Source of the DNA: Octopus vulgaris | Taxonomy: Eukaryota | Reading direction: 5' to 3' | DNA: 64,000 bases | Assembly (NCBI GenBank): GCA_951406725.2 | Contig: OX597814.1 | Coordinates: 149,482,001-149,546,000, forward strand | Shown: piece after piece, positions 1 through 13,526 of the stretch | Layout: every line of letters starts with the position of its first letter | Position numbering within the stretch: the stretch's first letter is position 1 | Translations under genes and position numbers: made by a program | The notes under the pieces: generated by a model | Told to the model about the DNA's origin: nothing | The model's input: the letters and a program-made list of their open reading frames with translations, nothing else | Databases searched by the model: none

Positions 1-110
1 AGGGTCCATATAAAATTTGTGGGGTGCATGCAATAAAATAATAAATTGGGGATCCACAATAGAATTTTAAGAATCACTAAAGAAATTTTGCTTTAGATGT
101 ATGTTTTCGT
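1..110 (+). mobile_element. Partial hAT-type MITE related to 62476-62662, cut by the window edge
   Basis: ggtccatataaaatttgtggggtgc resembles ggtccatataagatttttgggggtcc inside the 62476-62662 MITE; no TIR visible. Confidence 0.3.
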
Positions 111-999
111 ATGTATTGCAAGAAGCAGATGGGTTTCTTTCTGTAACATTTTTCATAAATGCAACCTACACAAGTTAATGTGGGAAAAATAAAATAGAAA
201 TTTTGAAAGAAGTTTCTATAAAACTAGTTTTTAAACATCGCATGGCTATGGAGATCCAACAGAATAAAATTGTAATCAAAGGTGTCTATAGGTAAAAAAT
301 GGCTGAGGGCCTCTGCAGTAGAGTACGTCTTCGAGATCTCTCTGTATAATGATTTTTCTGTATTATAATTTCTGTATGAGTTTTCTTGCTTCCTAATATA
401 ATAAAATACATTATTTTGTTCAATTGATTTAGTAGTAAGCTTAGGTAGCTTACTACTTTTTATTTTCAAATATGATAGCAATGTTATGCGCACTTTTAAT
501 GTGATATAATTAATTATACTGGCTCTACTACTCAACTGGTCTTTATTTTTACAGCCAAGAACGAATGAAGAGTACACTTGACTTTAGTGAAATTTGAATT
601 GTAAATGTAAAATTTTAACTGCAAGCTTTTCGTCAAACACTCTACTACATCTACCTGCAACTTCCATAACAAAAATTATACTATATCACGATATTATATT
701 CCAAATGTGTTTCTAGTGTAATATAATATTCCTGCATGTTTCTCTGAATCATTAAAATAAAGGCTACATCCATTGAATCATCCTTATGCTCTTTTCATCT
801 GTAGTGAGTTCGATTTAGTGAACATTATTATTATTATCAAAATGATTACGATGATCATCATCATCATTTTCAATATCATTATAGTCATTTGTCTTCTTTT
901 TAACTTGTGTTTTGTATAAATATCATATCCTGCAGCGAAAGGCAACAGCAACAAGAACTAGAATAAAACTATAATAAAACAATGCAAGTATGTCCTCTT

Positions 1000-1023
1000 C
1001 GTCATACTCATCATCACCATCAC

Positions 1024-1073
<50 letters not shown>

Positions 1074-1125
1074 ACGTTCTCATCATCATCATCATCGTTG
1101 TTGTAATCAACGTCATCATCAAATT
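1000..1125. repeat. (ATC)n microsatellite
   Basis: Direct reading. Confidence 0.95.
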
Positions 1126-1704
1126 CAATAATGCAGCAAGAAAGAACGACCGTTATAAAAAACATATATAAAAACATATATATATATATATATAAAAAGG
1201 CGAAACAATATGGAAACAAAAGAAAAACGATAAATACAGCAATAACAAGAAATACGTCAACGACAGTTTCAACATCACCCAGTGGTGGTTTTGTAAGTCA
1301 CCAGCAGTGTTTTAAAGTAATAAAATAAATATTTAAACAGGTTAATAAAAAAAAACAAAAAGACACTGACAAATTGCATAAACAAAAATGAACCATAGAA
1401 ATGCCGAATACATTGCCAATACTTTGAAATAGCAGCTCAGGATTGGATTACCCATTCATTTTTAAGCGGTTATCCTTCGATAATATGACGGAATCCTCGG
1501 GGGTTCAACCGCGGTTATCTTCTAGCATTTTGCCATGAATGTTTATAAATGTTTTATTTAGCTATCGGGGTTTGAATTTTACAGTTTTTTGACAAAAAAA
1601 AAAAAAAGATTTAAAGCGAGTCGTATCTATCCTCTTTGTTGTTTTGTTTTTATTATATAGTCAGGTGACTGTCATCGTAGTCAGCTTCATCTTCCTTATC
1701 GGTT

Positions 1705-2010
1705 GTATCACCATCATCATCATCAGCAGCAGCAGCAGCAGCTTCTTCTTCTTCTTCTTCTTCTTCTTCTTCTTCTTCGTCTTCTTCTTCTTCTTCTTCT
1801 TCTTCTTCGTCTTCTTCTTCTTCTTCTTCTTCTTCGTCTTCTTCTTCTTCTTCTTCTTCTTCTTCTTCTTCTTCTTCTTCTTCTTCTTCTTCTTCTTCTT
1901 CTTCGTCTTCTTCTTCTTCTTCGACAGCATCATAATCATCATCATCATTGTTACCGTCACCATCATCGCCGTCGTCATCATCATCATCACCATCATCACC
2001 ATTATCATCA
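1705..2010. repeat. Compound (CAT)n/(CAG)n/(TTC)n microsatellite
   Basis: Direct reading; explains the poly-E/F/K/L ORFs at 1644-2147. Confidence 0.95.
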
Positions 2011-2399
2011 ATATCCCAATGATCACTATTCGTGCAAAGCTTCGCTTTCATCGTCTCCATCGTGTTCTGCGGTTGTGGCACCGGTGACAGAATGCTCGGA
2101 ATCGATAAAGCCGTCATCATCAATGTTGTAATCATATCTAGATACACACCAATACTGGTGCATCTACCTAGTTACATCAAGTACACAAATGCAGACATAT
2201 ACTAAAACCTAGATTGGATCTCACACAATCTTAAACACTATAGGAAACGATGAAGCAATATATCAGACGCTATCACTGCACCAGATTCAGTAATTTATGC
2301 GTTTTACTTTATGCAACACGTGCATTACAAACAGTATTAAAGTACTGACCATCTAGAATGACCTAAACAGATGAAATATTATATCGTATCCATCGTTTT

Positions 2400-2900
2400 A
2401 GTATGAGCTGAGGGCAAAGTATAGAAAGCTAGATTTTCTCTCTAATCGATAAAAACTTTCCTAAAAGATCTGTTATTCAACACAAGCAAGGTTTGGTATA
2501 TTCAGTTATTTATCTACCATTTCCAGGAAAGTAAGGAAACGTACTATTAAAGTATTATCAGATGCAGATTAAAAGCGCCCAAAACAAAATTACCATAATA
2601 TAGAAGCTGCTCAGCTACAATGTATATCAGCCCTCTCTTACTCTTTCTGCTACGTTCTCGATGCACTGCTGGATCAATTGTTAGGAATCTGAGAGACTAT
2701 CTATGTTAGCTCTCAAGGATGTAAACATCTATAACATTTAGCGATAGCCTGGTACATGTTATCGAACCATACACATTCGGGATAAAGTATAAGGTAATGT
2801 CATAAGAGATATTGGCATCTGTATTAATATAAAGTCCGACAACATTTTTACCAGCTATATTGGATTAACAGCTATATATTTAAACCTTGAATTACGATTC
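2400..2900 (-). pseudogene. Possible highly decayed Penelope-like RT remnant
   Basis: Minus-strand NVVGLYINT near 2820-2845 resembles the PLE RT motif DVxxLYxNI; little else is recognisable. Confidence 0.2.
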
Positions 2901-3568
2901 TTTATTAAAACACGACAATGTTCTTCCAAAATATATCTCGGCAACGCTAGATAAGGCTAATAAAATCCATATTTATTACTTCGTCTAAAATCGTGCTTGT
3001 GTATCCTCAATGAAACAATGTAATCTTTGCATGCAAGACTTAATTTACATAATCCCAGACCCAAACGCTGAACTTGAAGGTCAAATACGTTTATGGAGTC
3101 CGGCATGAGCGCGTAGTCATCGCTAGTTGTTTACTTTCGTAGTGAAATATTTAACACAACAGGAATTATTATACTACAGTTGCAGGGGTATCGTCGAATA
3201 ACTGCATCATTAGAATCTAGGTGTAGTGTTTATGGAATCATGGGCAATACATTAAATCTACATAGGAACACACTCACGCACGCACACACACGTACGCACA
3301 TACTCACTCACATCCATATATACATATATCCATACTTATAAAAGACTGATGGAGAAAAAGCGATATGGGAAAAAGGGTACGCTTGATTCATAATACTATA
3401 TAATAAATATATATTCTATTGGATATATTGATCTCTACTTTAGATATAACGTTACTGTGCACTAAATATTTTCAATAATACTGCAATATCTACATACCAA
3501 AAGGGAACATGTATATATGTGTATATATAATACACACACACACACACATATATATATACGTGTGTATA

Positions 3569-3604
<36 letters not shown>

Positions 3605-5698
3605 TGTATGTATGTATGTATGTATGTACAGTATGTATGTGTAATGGTGTTCTGATTCCATACAATATTTACGAATTAAACATGACCATATATTCTGTCC
3701 ATGGAAATTTACAATTTACAATATTCATCACATTTTGCATTGCACATTATACTGATGTTTGTAGATTTTTTTTTTATTTCCCGAATTCAGTGTGTTTATT
3801 TATTTATGTATTTATTTCTTTAATGTGTTTTGGGCAAATCAATCTTTAAGCATATTGTATCTTTCCTAACATTCTGTGAATAGTGTTGCATAGATTAGAG
3901 TGAAATGTAAATAAATGCGTAGATTTCGATAACATATCCGAAAATGTCAATATACCCTCTTAACTATACGAAACTCAGAGCTGCTGTATAGAAACTGAAT
4001 ACGGATTTATACAATTCAACAATTATTATAAGTTCTATTTCAAGAGGAAAGGAATAACAATGAGACCAATAGGAAATGTTAAAGTTCAGTATCCTTTAGA
4101 AATATGTATCATAACAAAGGCGAATTATTTCTTTTATATATGCTGACTTCAACATTTTGAAAATAGATAAATAATATCACACACATATATATGTATGTAT
4201 ATGTGTATGTGTGTGTGTGTGTGTGTGTTTAAAATCGGACATACACAAATGTATATATACATATATTGTGTCATTCTGTTACTGCTTTCTGTTATTGCAT
4301 TGCGTTCATGCCAGGCAATGCCCAAAGGAGATATAGTGAATTATATGGACCTAGTAAACTCACCGTTACTTTTAACAAGTACATAAGTAGGAAAGGCAAA
4401 ATCAACCAGTTGTAAAGAGTTGCGACCTGTCCAGCTTACATATGATAGTCCAAAGAATTAGACAAAGAAGCGCACATGCACCCCGCTTGCCTTTAGGCAA
4501 ATATATAAGCGAAATGGTTAGAGAAATAGGTTGAAAGCTGAATTGTTTTTTTACCGTAATCTTTGAAAATACAGTCGAATACTGCAAGTCTCAACAGTAG
4601 AATGGACTTTATCTTCAATTCTTCTTTTCTCCTTCCTCTTTAGTTTTCATCTAAAATGACAACAATAATAAATTTTATCAGAAATTTTCTGCGGAGTTAA
4701 AATATAATGCAAAAAGTAGGACTGTTGCACATGTACAGGCACTGATGCACGTAATATTGAAACACTGTGTCTACATATAGAGAGATTTATTGAATATAAA
4801 ACCTACATAGAGATATAAAAACACACATAAATACACACACACACACACAAACACTCACTCATACACACACACTCACAATCACTTATATATGCACGTATAC
4901 ATACGTGTATATAAAGACAGATGAGAAAGAAGCATCGGTATATGACAAATGTTTATGTGCGTTTTTACATAATTTATTTTCATGAAAAATTAATATACAT
5001 ATATGCTATAGATCTGGGATTTTTTGCTTATATCTACTGATACTCTAACTTCTAGTCAACTCACTTGCTTCCGAAATACCTTAATCTCATCAACAAGTCG
5101 GATTTTAAGAATTTAAAACATACAAGCTTTAAACTAGTGCCCACCTATTGTGCAAGTATCCTCGTACTGAATAAAAATGCACACACAAACATATAAAATT
5201 GAATGTGTGTATGTCCTTCTATGTGTGTGGGGGTATGTATAAGAGTGAAAGGAGAAACAAAAGTGACACAACATATTTGGTAGGAATTACTTTTACAACT
5301 TAATAACAATTTTACTCAGCGCTGTTAGACTAATTTCCGTAGGCTCGTAAGATGAACGTATTTTGTTAAGTATCTAGACAAACTGACTGACGAGAAAGGT
5401 ACGAGCCGACTGACGAAAGAGGTCCGACGAAACTGTAAGTTGCATGGAGTTTAGCTGTTATTAAATCATGTGTGTGTGTGTGTTATTTTTGTCGAGTACA
5501 CTTCCTACTCTGAGTTTCATTGCGAACAGAACCTTCAGACAAGTTACAACTTCAGGCAACTTGCTTCATGAACCTGGGCTGCCAAAGGTGAAAGAAAGAG
5601 TAACAAAAGACTGACTCGATCCAAATAAAAATACCTTTTTAGTCTCTACTATCAACACTAAGGACACGTACGCACACACACACGTGTATATCTACGTA

Positions 5699-5734
<36 letters not shown>

Positions 5735-6336
5735 TGTATGTATGTATGTATGTATGTATGTATGTATGTATATGTGTGTGCGCGTGCGCTTGTGCTTACA
5801 CTACAAAGCAAAGTTTGACAGCTATCTCTAATTTTCAGCTTAGTAAATGGTATCAGAATGTAGATTAATTTGGTTGTTTAACCTTTGAGTATCATCTTTT
5901 TTCGTTCTTTTTCTTTCACTGTGGCGGGTCATGCAATGGGTGGATCAAAAGTTTTCAAGTGTCGTCTGATGAACTTTCAAGTGTAACCTACAAAGTTTGA
6001 ATTACTATCTGCAATCTATTGGTTAATATTAGCAATTCTGTTTGCTTCTGATCCGAATGATGATTCTAGATGTATGTTATTATATTTCGGCATCATTTTG
6101 TATGATTGATTAAGCATATGCAGCAGGTGGAATTAGCAGTCTGCTTTGAATATATTAAACATCGATTTCAATAACAATGTCTGTACACATCATTACTTCA
6201 ATGTGCCGTGGTCAAATCCTTATAAATTCAAAATGAATTATTGCGTAGGTAGACGTAACTTGGAACAGCACCCAAAATAAGTGATTTTACAGATATTACA
6301 GATTCAATCATAAAACCGTCAAACCATGTGCTTTCC

Positions 6337-6404
<68 letters not shown>

Positions 6405-6408
<4 letters not shown>

Positions 6409-6612
6409 CAAAATGTGACCGCGTGTGTACCATTGCGATTTTTTTCCTCTGTCTTCCCTTCTCTGGATCTTTCCTTCTCCTATGTTTCCGACGAAGAGCT
6501 CCGCTCGAAACGTTAAACCCTCCTTCTTTCTTTCTTTCATGAGCGTCCAATAATACTATATTTGTACCACGTCCTCGCGTTGTTGTGTTTTTTTGTGCTT
6601 TCTTGTTTGGAT

Positions 6613-6616
<4 letters not shown>
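6405..6616 (+). mobile_element. ~210 bp hammerhead-bearing repeat module embedded in (TA)n
   Basis: (TA)n on both sides; homologous copies at 16206-16329 (-) and 33438-33642 (-). Confidence 0.75.
6484..6518 (+). ncRNA. Minimal type I hammerhead ribozyme candidate (U4C core)
   Basis: GUUU-CCGACGA-A-GAGC ucc GCUC-GAAA-CG-UU-AAAC: stem I GUUU/AAAC, stem II GAGC/GCUC, palindromic AACGUU at stem III, GUU site. Confidence 0.65.
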
Positions 6617-6667
<51 letters not shown>

Positions 6668-7361
6668 GAAATATGTTACGAAAAGAAAATATAAAATACA
6701 CATAGAAATGTAAGGGTAAAATGTGAAAAATCAACGAAAATGCACATTGCTAATAAAAAAAGGCTATTTATGACATGTAACGAAAAATATATACATTTAG
6801 ACTGACTGAGGTAGTAATACGAGTCATGAAAGTCATTATTATGAGATGATTATAAGATGTTAATAAAATAAGAGAACGGGTTTAGATCACAGGTGATCTA
6901 AATGATTAGGTACACTAGGTAAGTGCTGTAATGGATTACCAGTGCTCCAAGGTTATAGCCGAGACGGTAGTTATAGAGCCTTGCAGATTTTCGATGCAGC
7001 GTATATGTATTGTTTATTGTCCTCTTTAACAATTATATATATATATATATATAATCATATCGAAGGGAAATGGAAATTAATAGAAATTTTCACTTCCAGT
7101 GGCCTAGCATGTAAAAACTTAGTCCAAAAACTATGTATTACTCCTAAAATAGAGTACATTTAAACACATAAGAAATCCAGTCGTGGGATTGAACACGTTA
7201 GAAAGAACAGCTAGGTTCTATAACCACAAAATTAGGGTGAAAATCCCGACAAGAACGAAATGCAAAAATAAAAACTTTTACCATCTAGTTTCCTGGACCA
7301 ATTGGTTTCTGATTTTAGTTTAGCAAATATATAATATTGGCTAGGTGAAATCGTCAACAGT

Positions 7362-7960
7362 GCTCTGAGAACACTGTTTCAATGTGCTCTGAGAACACTG
7401 CAAAGGTTTTAAGATCTGCAACGGACACTACGAAGCCGTAGTCAGTAGAAAGGGAGACAGCAGGCGTTCTGAATTTGTCCGCACACTGGAAATTATCCAA
7501 CTAAAGAACAGGGCCTTAGGTCCAATTCATTGAAGTAGCTACTGCAGACTAATCAAACCCTAACTGGAGAGGATCGCTGCTAGAAAACCCGGCTCTTTAC
7601 TATGTCTCCGGAAAAAGTCAGAAGTGGTTGACGGAGAATTTCTATGATTTAACCCAGTCCCTATCTCTGGCTTCCTAATCCCATCGATTGTGATCCCATG
7701 GATATGCTCTGCCTGTGACAATTATTCGGGAGCTGTTTTGAGGCCGTAGTGGAAGCTGAGGCCGTAGTGGAAGCTGAGGCCGTAGTGGAAGCTGAGGCCG
7801 TAGTGGAAGCTGAGGCCGGCTACTTAGAATAAACCGTTATCTCCAAGCCATAACGTCGTTGATAGTTTTTGATTTTTAAAAAAAAATACTATTTTCTTTG
7901 TGATGTTGTGTTTTGCTTTCTTTTTATATAGCCTGTCAAATTTAACCCAAACATCCTTTG
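7362..7960 (+). mobile_element. Decayed, internally deleted Tc1/mariner-superfamily (maT-like, DDD) element
   Basis: WLPNPIDCDPMDM resembles WPPNSPDxNPxDY; C-terminal EAVVEA; TIR-like end near 7933-7960; homologous to 24330-24915. Confidence 0.6.
7739..7818. repeat. 18-bp tandem repeat tgaggccgtagtggaagc, about 4.4 units
   Basis: Perfect units, direct reading. Confidence 0.95.
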
Positions 7961-8075
7961 TCTTCTACAGAGTGGAATGTTTCATCTTCAGTAAAGACTT
8001 TGTAGTCAAAGATAGATATTATTTTATCTTAACATAAATTTTTATTATAAATTTGTAATCGGCAGTCGGTTGTTT

Positions 8076-8109
<34 letters not shown>

Positions 8110-8815
8110 TTTCTTTGCGAGTTGGTATATACACATCTGACGTACCTCTATTTAGTTATTTGCTTGAATGAAACCAAATAATACCATAAAAGCGACCACT
8201 AATTTCATACACAAAATATTATTAAACTGAAAGCAACCACCGGTCTCAAGCCACGAAATGTGACCTGTCAGTGACCTTCCATACAATTTTAACTTTCAGT
8301 ATCTGTATTCATGGGTAATGAACATAAATAATGACATTATAAACAAGCAATCATCAAGTATAACCAACAGCGCAGTTTCCAACCGACTACTTCCAACATA
8401 AGGAATAGTAGCATATTTTTTTCTCAACACGTCTCGGCAAGTTCAGATGCAAATTATGTTGGTCATTGCAGCGTACCTCATAAAATAACTCCCTCCTTTT
8501 AAAGATGACTGTTCAACAAACTTGACTGAGTGGCGGGCGGCATTCTGGGACATCGGTGTTTCAGCATTCTGTGTCTTGTCAGCCTGAATTAAACGGAGCT
8601 CAGAGCCTAAATTTCCTGAATGCCATTCGCCAGTGAACGAGTTTGTTGAACAGACTGTCGTTGTAAAAGCAAGATATTATTTTCCTATGACGTACCCTAC
8701 AGATACCAGCATGTTTTGTGTCTAAACCTTCATACACATGTTAAAAATAAATATGCTAATATTCGTTCTTGGTCTCGTTTTACGCTTGTGAATAATGACA
8801 CTTTACTTTCAGCAT

Positions 8816-8951
8816 AATTTTACTGAAAAATCAAGAAAATTGCCTCTACCATCCTTTCTTATTTAAATTCATTGTTTACAATTTTACTGAAAAATCAAGA
8901 AAATTGCCTCTACCATCCTTTCTTATTTAAATTCATTGTTTACAATTTTAC
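8816..8951. repeat. 64-bp perfect tandem duplication
   Basis: Units start at 8816 and 8880, with a partial third at 8944. Confidence 0.9.
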
Positions 8952-9271
8952 TTTCCTCCCACCTTACCCCATGTTCTCTATTTTACCACTACTTACCCTT
9001 TATAAATTTTCTCTGCCCACTAAATTGAAATATCCACAAAGACATTTGTTTCATATCACGACGTACACAAATACACGACACCTACTGTGCCGTATTTGTC
9101 GCACTAAGATAATGCAGCAGCATCAATGCAATGTTAATTCACATCAAGTTGCAGGCAGTTGTATTCTACTAAAAAACTGAGAAAGGGCAACGTAGAGCCA
9201 ATGCTCATATAACCTTTTGTAACAAACGAGTTATAGATTTTATTGTTTTGCATATATAATACGTATAGTGT

Positions 9272-9490
9272 GAAGGCTGCAGCTTAGGAGTTAGGGTACT
9301 GGACTTGCGATCGCAAGATTGTGGTTTCGATTCCTGAACCGGGCGATGAGTTGTGTTCCTGAGCAAAACACTTTCTTTCACGTTACTCCATTTCACTCAA
9401 ATGGGACAAATGAGTAACCATGTGACTGCTCGGCATCCTGTCCCGTGGTGGAGGAGTATATGAAACAGAATCCGAGAAAGCGGCCCTATG
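9272..9490 (+). mobile_element. tRNA-derived SINE, family C (decayed)
   Basis: A-box-like head, B-box ggtttcgattcc, body ttgtgttcctgagcaaaacact shared with copies at 45981 and 58487. Confidence 0.7.
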
Positions 9491-9587
9491 AAAGATCTTC
9501 GATCTATTTGATGTGTACAGTAATATTTATTGCAAGTCACTTTTTTATATGTATATTTTTATGGCTTAAACTGGAAAGTAAAGTGAT

Positions 9588-9806
9588 TACTCTTTTACAC
9601 GTTTCAGTCAATTGACTGCGTCCATGCTGGAGCACCACCTTTAGTCGAACAAATCTACCCCAGGACTTATTCTTTGTAAGCCTAGTACTTATTCTATCGG
9701 TCTCTTTTGCCGAAGTTTCGGGAACATAGCCACACCAACATCAGCCGTCAAGTGATGATGGGGGGGGGGGACAGACACAAACACAAAGATACACACACAC
9801 ATATAC

Positions 9807-9860
<54 letters not shown>

Positions 9861-10014
9861 GTGCGTGTATACGACGGGTTTCTTTCAGTTTCCGTCTACT
9901 AAATCCACTCGCAGGGCTTTTGTCGGCCCTAGGCTATAGTAGAAGACTCTTGCCCAAGGTGCCATAGGACTGAACCATGTGGTTGGGAAGCAAGCTTCTT
10001 ACTACACATCCACG
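9588..10014 (-). mobile_element. tRNA-derived SINE, family A, with central TA/TG microsatellite
   Basis: Shares blocks with copies at 15998, 27198, 31827, 33114 and 45657 (ggaaactgaaagaa; gtgctccagcatgg; gactgaaac). Confidence 0.85.
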
Positions 10015-10019
10015 CTTGA

Positions 10020-10900
10020 ACCTAAGAACTTTTAGGGCCTCAGAGATAGGTGGAAGGAAAGATGTGTTGATCTTCAATCGAAAGAATACAACGAGGAATA
10101 AATGTAAAAGTTGCCTATGAACTATATCACTTCGTATCAGAGACTGGATCGGCCACCAAATAACAGTTTCCAATATTCCAATATTCCTGTGGACCTGAGG
10201 TACTGGGATTAGTGGGTCGGAATCTGAAACTACTGTGTTTCGAACAAAACTATATCTACACACCAACAACTGCGCCAAAACGTTTATAAAACGGAGCCAT
10301 GTTTACAGTGGGCAGCATATCTTCGTCAAACATGATATATTTTGTCTTCTTACCATTTATCATTTATCAAGTTTCAGTTTTCATATACACTTCGCACCCC
10401 ATTGATAATCTTCTCGGGAAGCAGTTGGATCATAGTATAAGAAATATCGCTCTGTGGTTAATACACTCCAATGCATTCATGAAATCAATAAATACCATCA
10501 CAATAGATTTGCACCATTTTATACTGTTCTCTTAGTGAGCTTAAACAAATGTATTCGAGATGGTTGGAAAGCATTTCCTATTGTGAGTAAATAGCTGTCA
10601 ATCACTGATACATATTACAGCTAATAAAATGCTGTTTAAGAATTTGGCAGCATGTTTCATGAATAGGTTGTTCATGTTTTGGCAGTTTTCTTTGTTTGAT
10701 AGTAATGACAATAATCGAATACTATTCATCTGGTGCGATACAGCTTTCAGTATTTAATTACAAGCTTTCAGGATGGTTCTTGTCAGATTTCTTCACCATA
10801 ATTGACTGCTTCACTGAGCATTGTTATATTTCCATTATAAGTTGCATTTTTTTTTGTTCGGGTGAGCAAGGGTTTTGTTACATTTTGCAATTCATAAACC
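10020..10900 (-). pseudogene. Decayed LINE (RTE-like) reverse transcriptase fragment
   Basis: Minus-strand IVMVFIDFMNALECINHRAIFLIL*SNCFPRRL (~10405-10505) resembles RT motif FIDFxKAFDxVxR..LW.IL...G.P. Confidence 0.45.
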
Positions 10901-12449
10901 ATAGCAGATTCAATGCATATCTTTCGTACTGCCCGAGTAAAGTGTGTATAGTGCACTGTATGAAATGTAGTGGTTACGGATGAACACTGCGATAGGAACG
11001 TTCGGCAGTATACTTTCTATACCCTTAACCATTCCTTATCACAAAGATCTTTACTCTGCATGTCACTCGAAATTTGTTCCTACTCGCTTCACCTGATAAG
11101 GAAATTAAGTGTCCCTAAATTTCTATATCCACATTAAATGAAAGATGAGAATAGTTGGGTAAATTGATACAGTTAATGTTTATGTTCAGCTTTCCAATGT
11201 CAATTATTTGAAAGGAAATAGAAAGAGGCATTTTTGGTGGAATAGGAATGAGTGTGTGTGCTTTGTATGGATCTGTGTTATGAAGCAGAGAAATGTTGGG
11301 AATTTAAAGAAAGCTGAGATGTGTACACTTAGTTGGAATTACTATTTAATTATGCATTTTTAAGGGAAAATACTGTTGTATCAACGAATAAAGTATAGAG
11401 ATAAGTATGTATTATCATATGGTATCTAAATAACCAGCAGTTCTATGACACTTTCCTGTCTATATTTTTTAAATATCTCTCAGTGAAGTTTTCTCACTTG
11501 CTAACCCCCTCTCCATCACTCTCTCTCTCTCTCTTACTTTAATTTTGATGTTTTATTTTTTCTTTATAAATTTGTCAGAGGATGTAGCCAGTGCCTATTC
11601 TATAAACAGATAATCCCAGACTTATATTATTGATGCGGTTGATGTTCAGTTTGCAAATATATAGAAGCAGAAAAAATAGAAGCAAATGACACTGTCGACA
11701 TTCCATTTTTTGGGGGAATGAAGTTGAAAAACATATGTTTTAATCTAATCGAAGACACACTTCGAAGGATAGCACAAAAAAGACTGGTTAGACTGGTAGA
11801 GGAGGTCACGGAGCTCGATTTTTCAAATCACAGACTGTAGTAGTGACACTACAAGGGACAGAGATAAGAACAGTGCGCCAGTGATCCAATCAGTCAGTGA
11901 ACATGTTGCTAAGTGAGTATTTTGTTATCTGTCGAATGGCAGACACGGTCGGATGCGTTCTTGGATATAGTCAGAGATATTCGGTAAGCGTATACAAACA
12001 ACAGCAGATTAAATACAAAAGTAGTAATCCAATGACGATCATATTTCAAATTTCTACAGAGTAATCAGTTGATTAAAGCTAAAACATTTTCTGGTCCTAG
12101 AAACTGGGATTAAGTTTCGGTGTTGTTTTAGACACACACACACACAGACACAGGTTGAGAAGCAAAAGCGTCACAGGTTGTTAAATTTAACATGTGAAGG
12201 GAATATGGGGCATTTTAATGCCTTATTCGTTTGTGTGGGAAGTTAGATTACATTAATGAGTATAGTGATTATATGTTCATGTTGACGCCGGAGTTAAGGT
12301 GCGTGGCTCTGTAATTAAAATGTTGTGTTCACTATAATTATGCCTCAGGTTCAGTTCTTCATTGAGGACCAGAATTGTATCCATGATCTTGGGGCATTTC
12401 ATTTCGCGTTTCACTCAACTTGAAAGGAGTACCAGCTGAATGTCACAGC

Positions 12450-12705
12450 GGCTCCCCTCTCTCCCTCTCTCTCTATCATCCATCCCTTTCTCTTTCTCTC
12501 TCAATCACCTACCCACCCCTTTCTCTTTCCTTCCCTCTCTCTCCCTCCCACCCTCCATCTCCCTATATTACCCACCCACCTCTTTCGCTTTCTCTTTCTC
12601 TCCCTATTACTCATCCATCTCTTTGTCTTTCTCTCCCTCTATCACCACCCATCCTTTCTCTTTCTCTCCATTTCTCCCCTCTCTCTCACACACATCTCTC
12701 ACTCA
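12450..12705. repeat. CT-rich low-complexity tract
   Basis: Direct reading; accounts for the S/L/P-rich ORF 12420-13058. Confidence 0.9.
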
Positions 12706-13338
12706 CTCCTGAATGTGCGGCAGAGTCAGAGGAGAGGAAGAGTAGAGAGACGGTATTCATCTATGCTACACACTACCTAAGCCACCAAAGCAACAAGCGA
12801 AAGTTTGTTTCATGTCGCCAAGCGCCTATACGCAAGCGGAAGACGCCTGACTCTTTAGTGCTGAAGGGGACTATGTTCTCATTACAGGATGGAAGGATGA
12901 GAAAAGGACAGATCTTGGAAATAGTACAAGTCTGTCTAAATTCAGCTGGCATGTACATAATGCTTGTGTACGGAAGAAATGGTACTAGTTTAAGTTACAT
13001 AGACCTATTCTCTAGCTATTTAATTCTATGTCGGGAGAGAGTTATAATATACAATTGAAATAGTAATTATTTCATTCACAGATGCTTGTTGATATTGTTG
13101 TAAATATATGCATATCACGACATTCTATTTAGATGCTTGAACATGAACACATACACTCACATGTGCAGATAAATATATATGTGCATATATACACATACAA
13201 GTATGCACGGACACGCACACATTACATACACAGACATATATGTATGTATGTATGTATGTACCTATGTATGCATGTATGCATGTATGTATATATGTATGCA
13301 TGTATGTACCTATGTATGCATGTATGCATGCATGTATA

Positions 13339-13526
13339 CAGAGCGTGATGGGTAAATAGTCGCCATTTTATATTTTTAATTTCATGCTTCCTCATTGTTT
13401 GTTTTGGATTTTGTTGACTATACAGTTTAGTAGGATCAGTTAGGCAGCATCTGTGAGAAAAACAGCACCATGACACAATTCACTCTGCCAGAAATTTGGA
13501 AACCACACGCTGTATTGCTTAGCATT
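13339..13526 (+). mobile_element. 5' end of a maT/Tc1-like transposon
   Basis: TA followed by cagagcgtgatgggtaaat, similar to the reverse complement of the 7933-7960 end; then MTQFTLPEIWKPHAVLL. Confidence 0.45.

Noticed and set aside
224-577. 117-aa minus-strand ORF
   Set aside because: No recognisable motif; not ATG-initiated; compatible with chance.
923-2147. Poly-D/E/F/K/L ORFs, and similar YI/HT/CV/M-repeat ORFs across the window
   Set aside because: Stop-free translations of microsatellites in several frames at once; no domain content.
5966-6003. CUGAUGA followed by an ACUUU/AAAGU stem (also CUGAAGA-U-GAAA on the minus strand near 7980)
   Set aside because: No correctly placed GAAA at 5966; no stem I or III at 7980.
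7290-7330. Minus-strand GAAA-CCAAUUGG-UC palindrome
   Set aside because: No CUGANGA-like core at the required position.
7739-7818. CRISPR-like array (also 23425-23665)
   Set aside because: No unique spacers of regular length, no cas genes, eukaryotic context.
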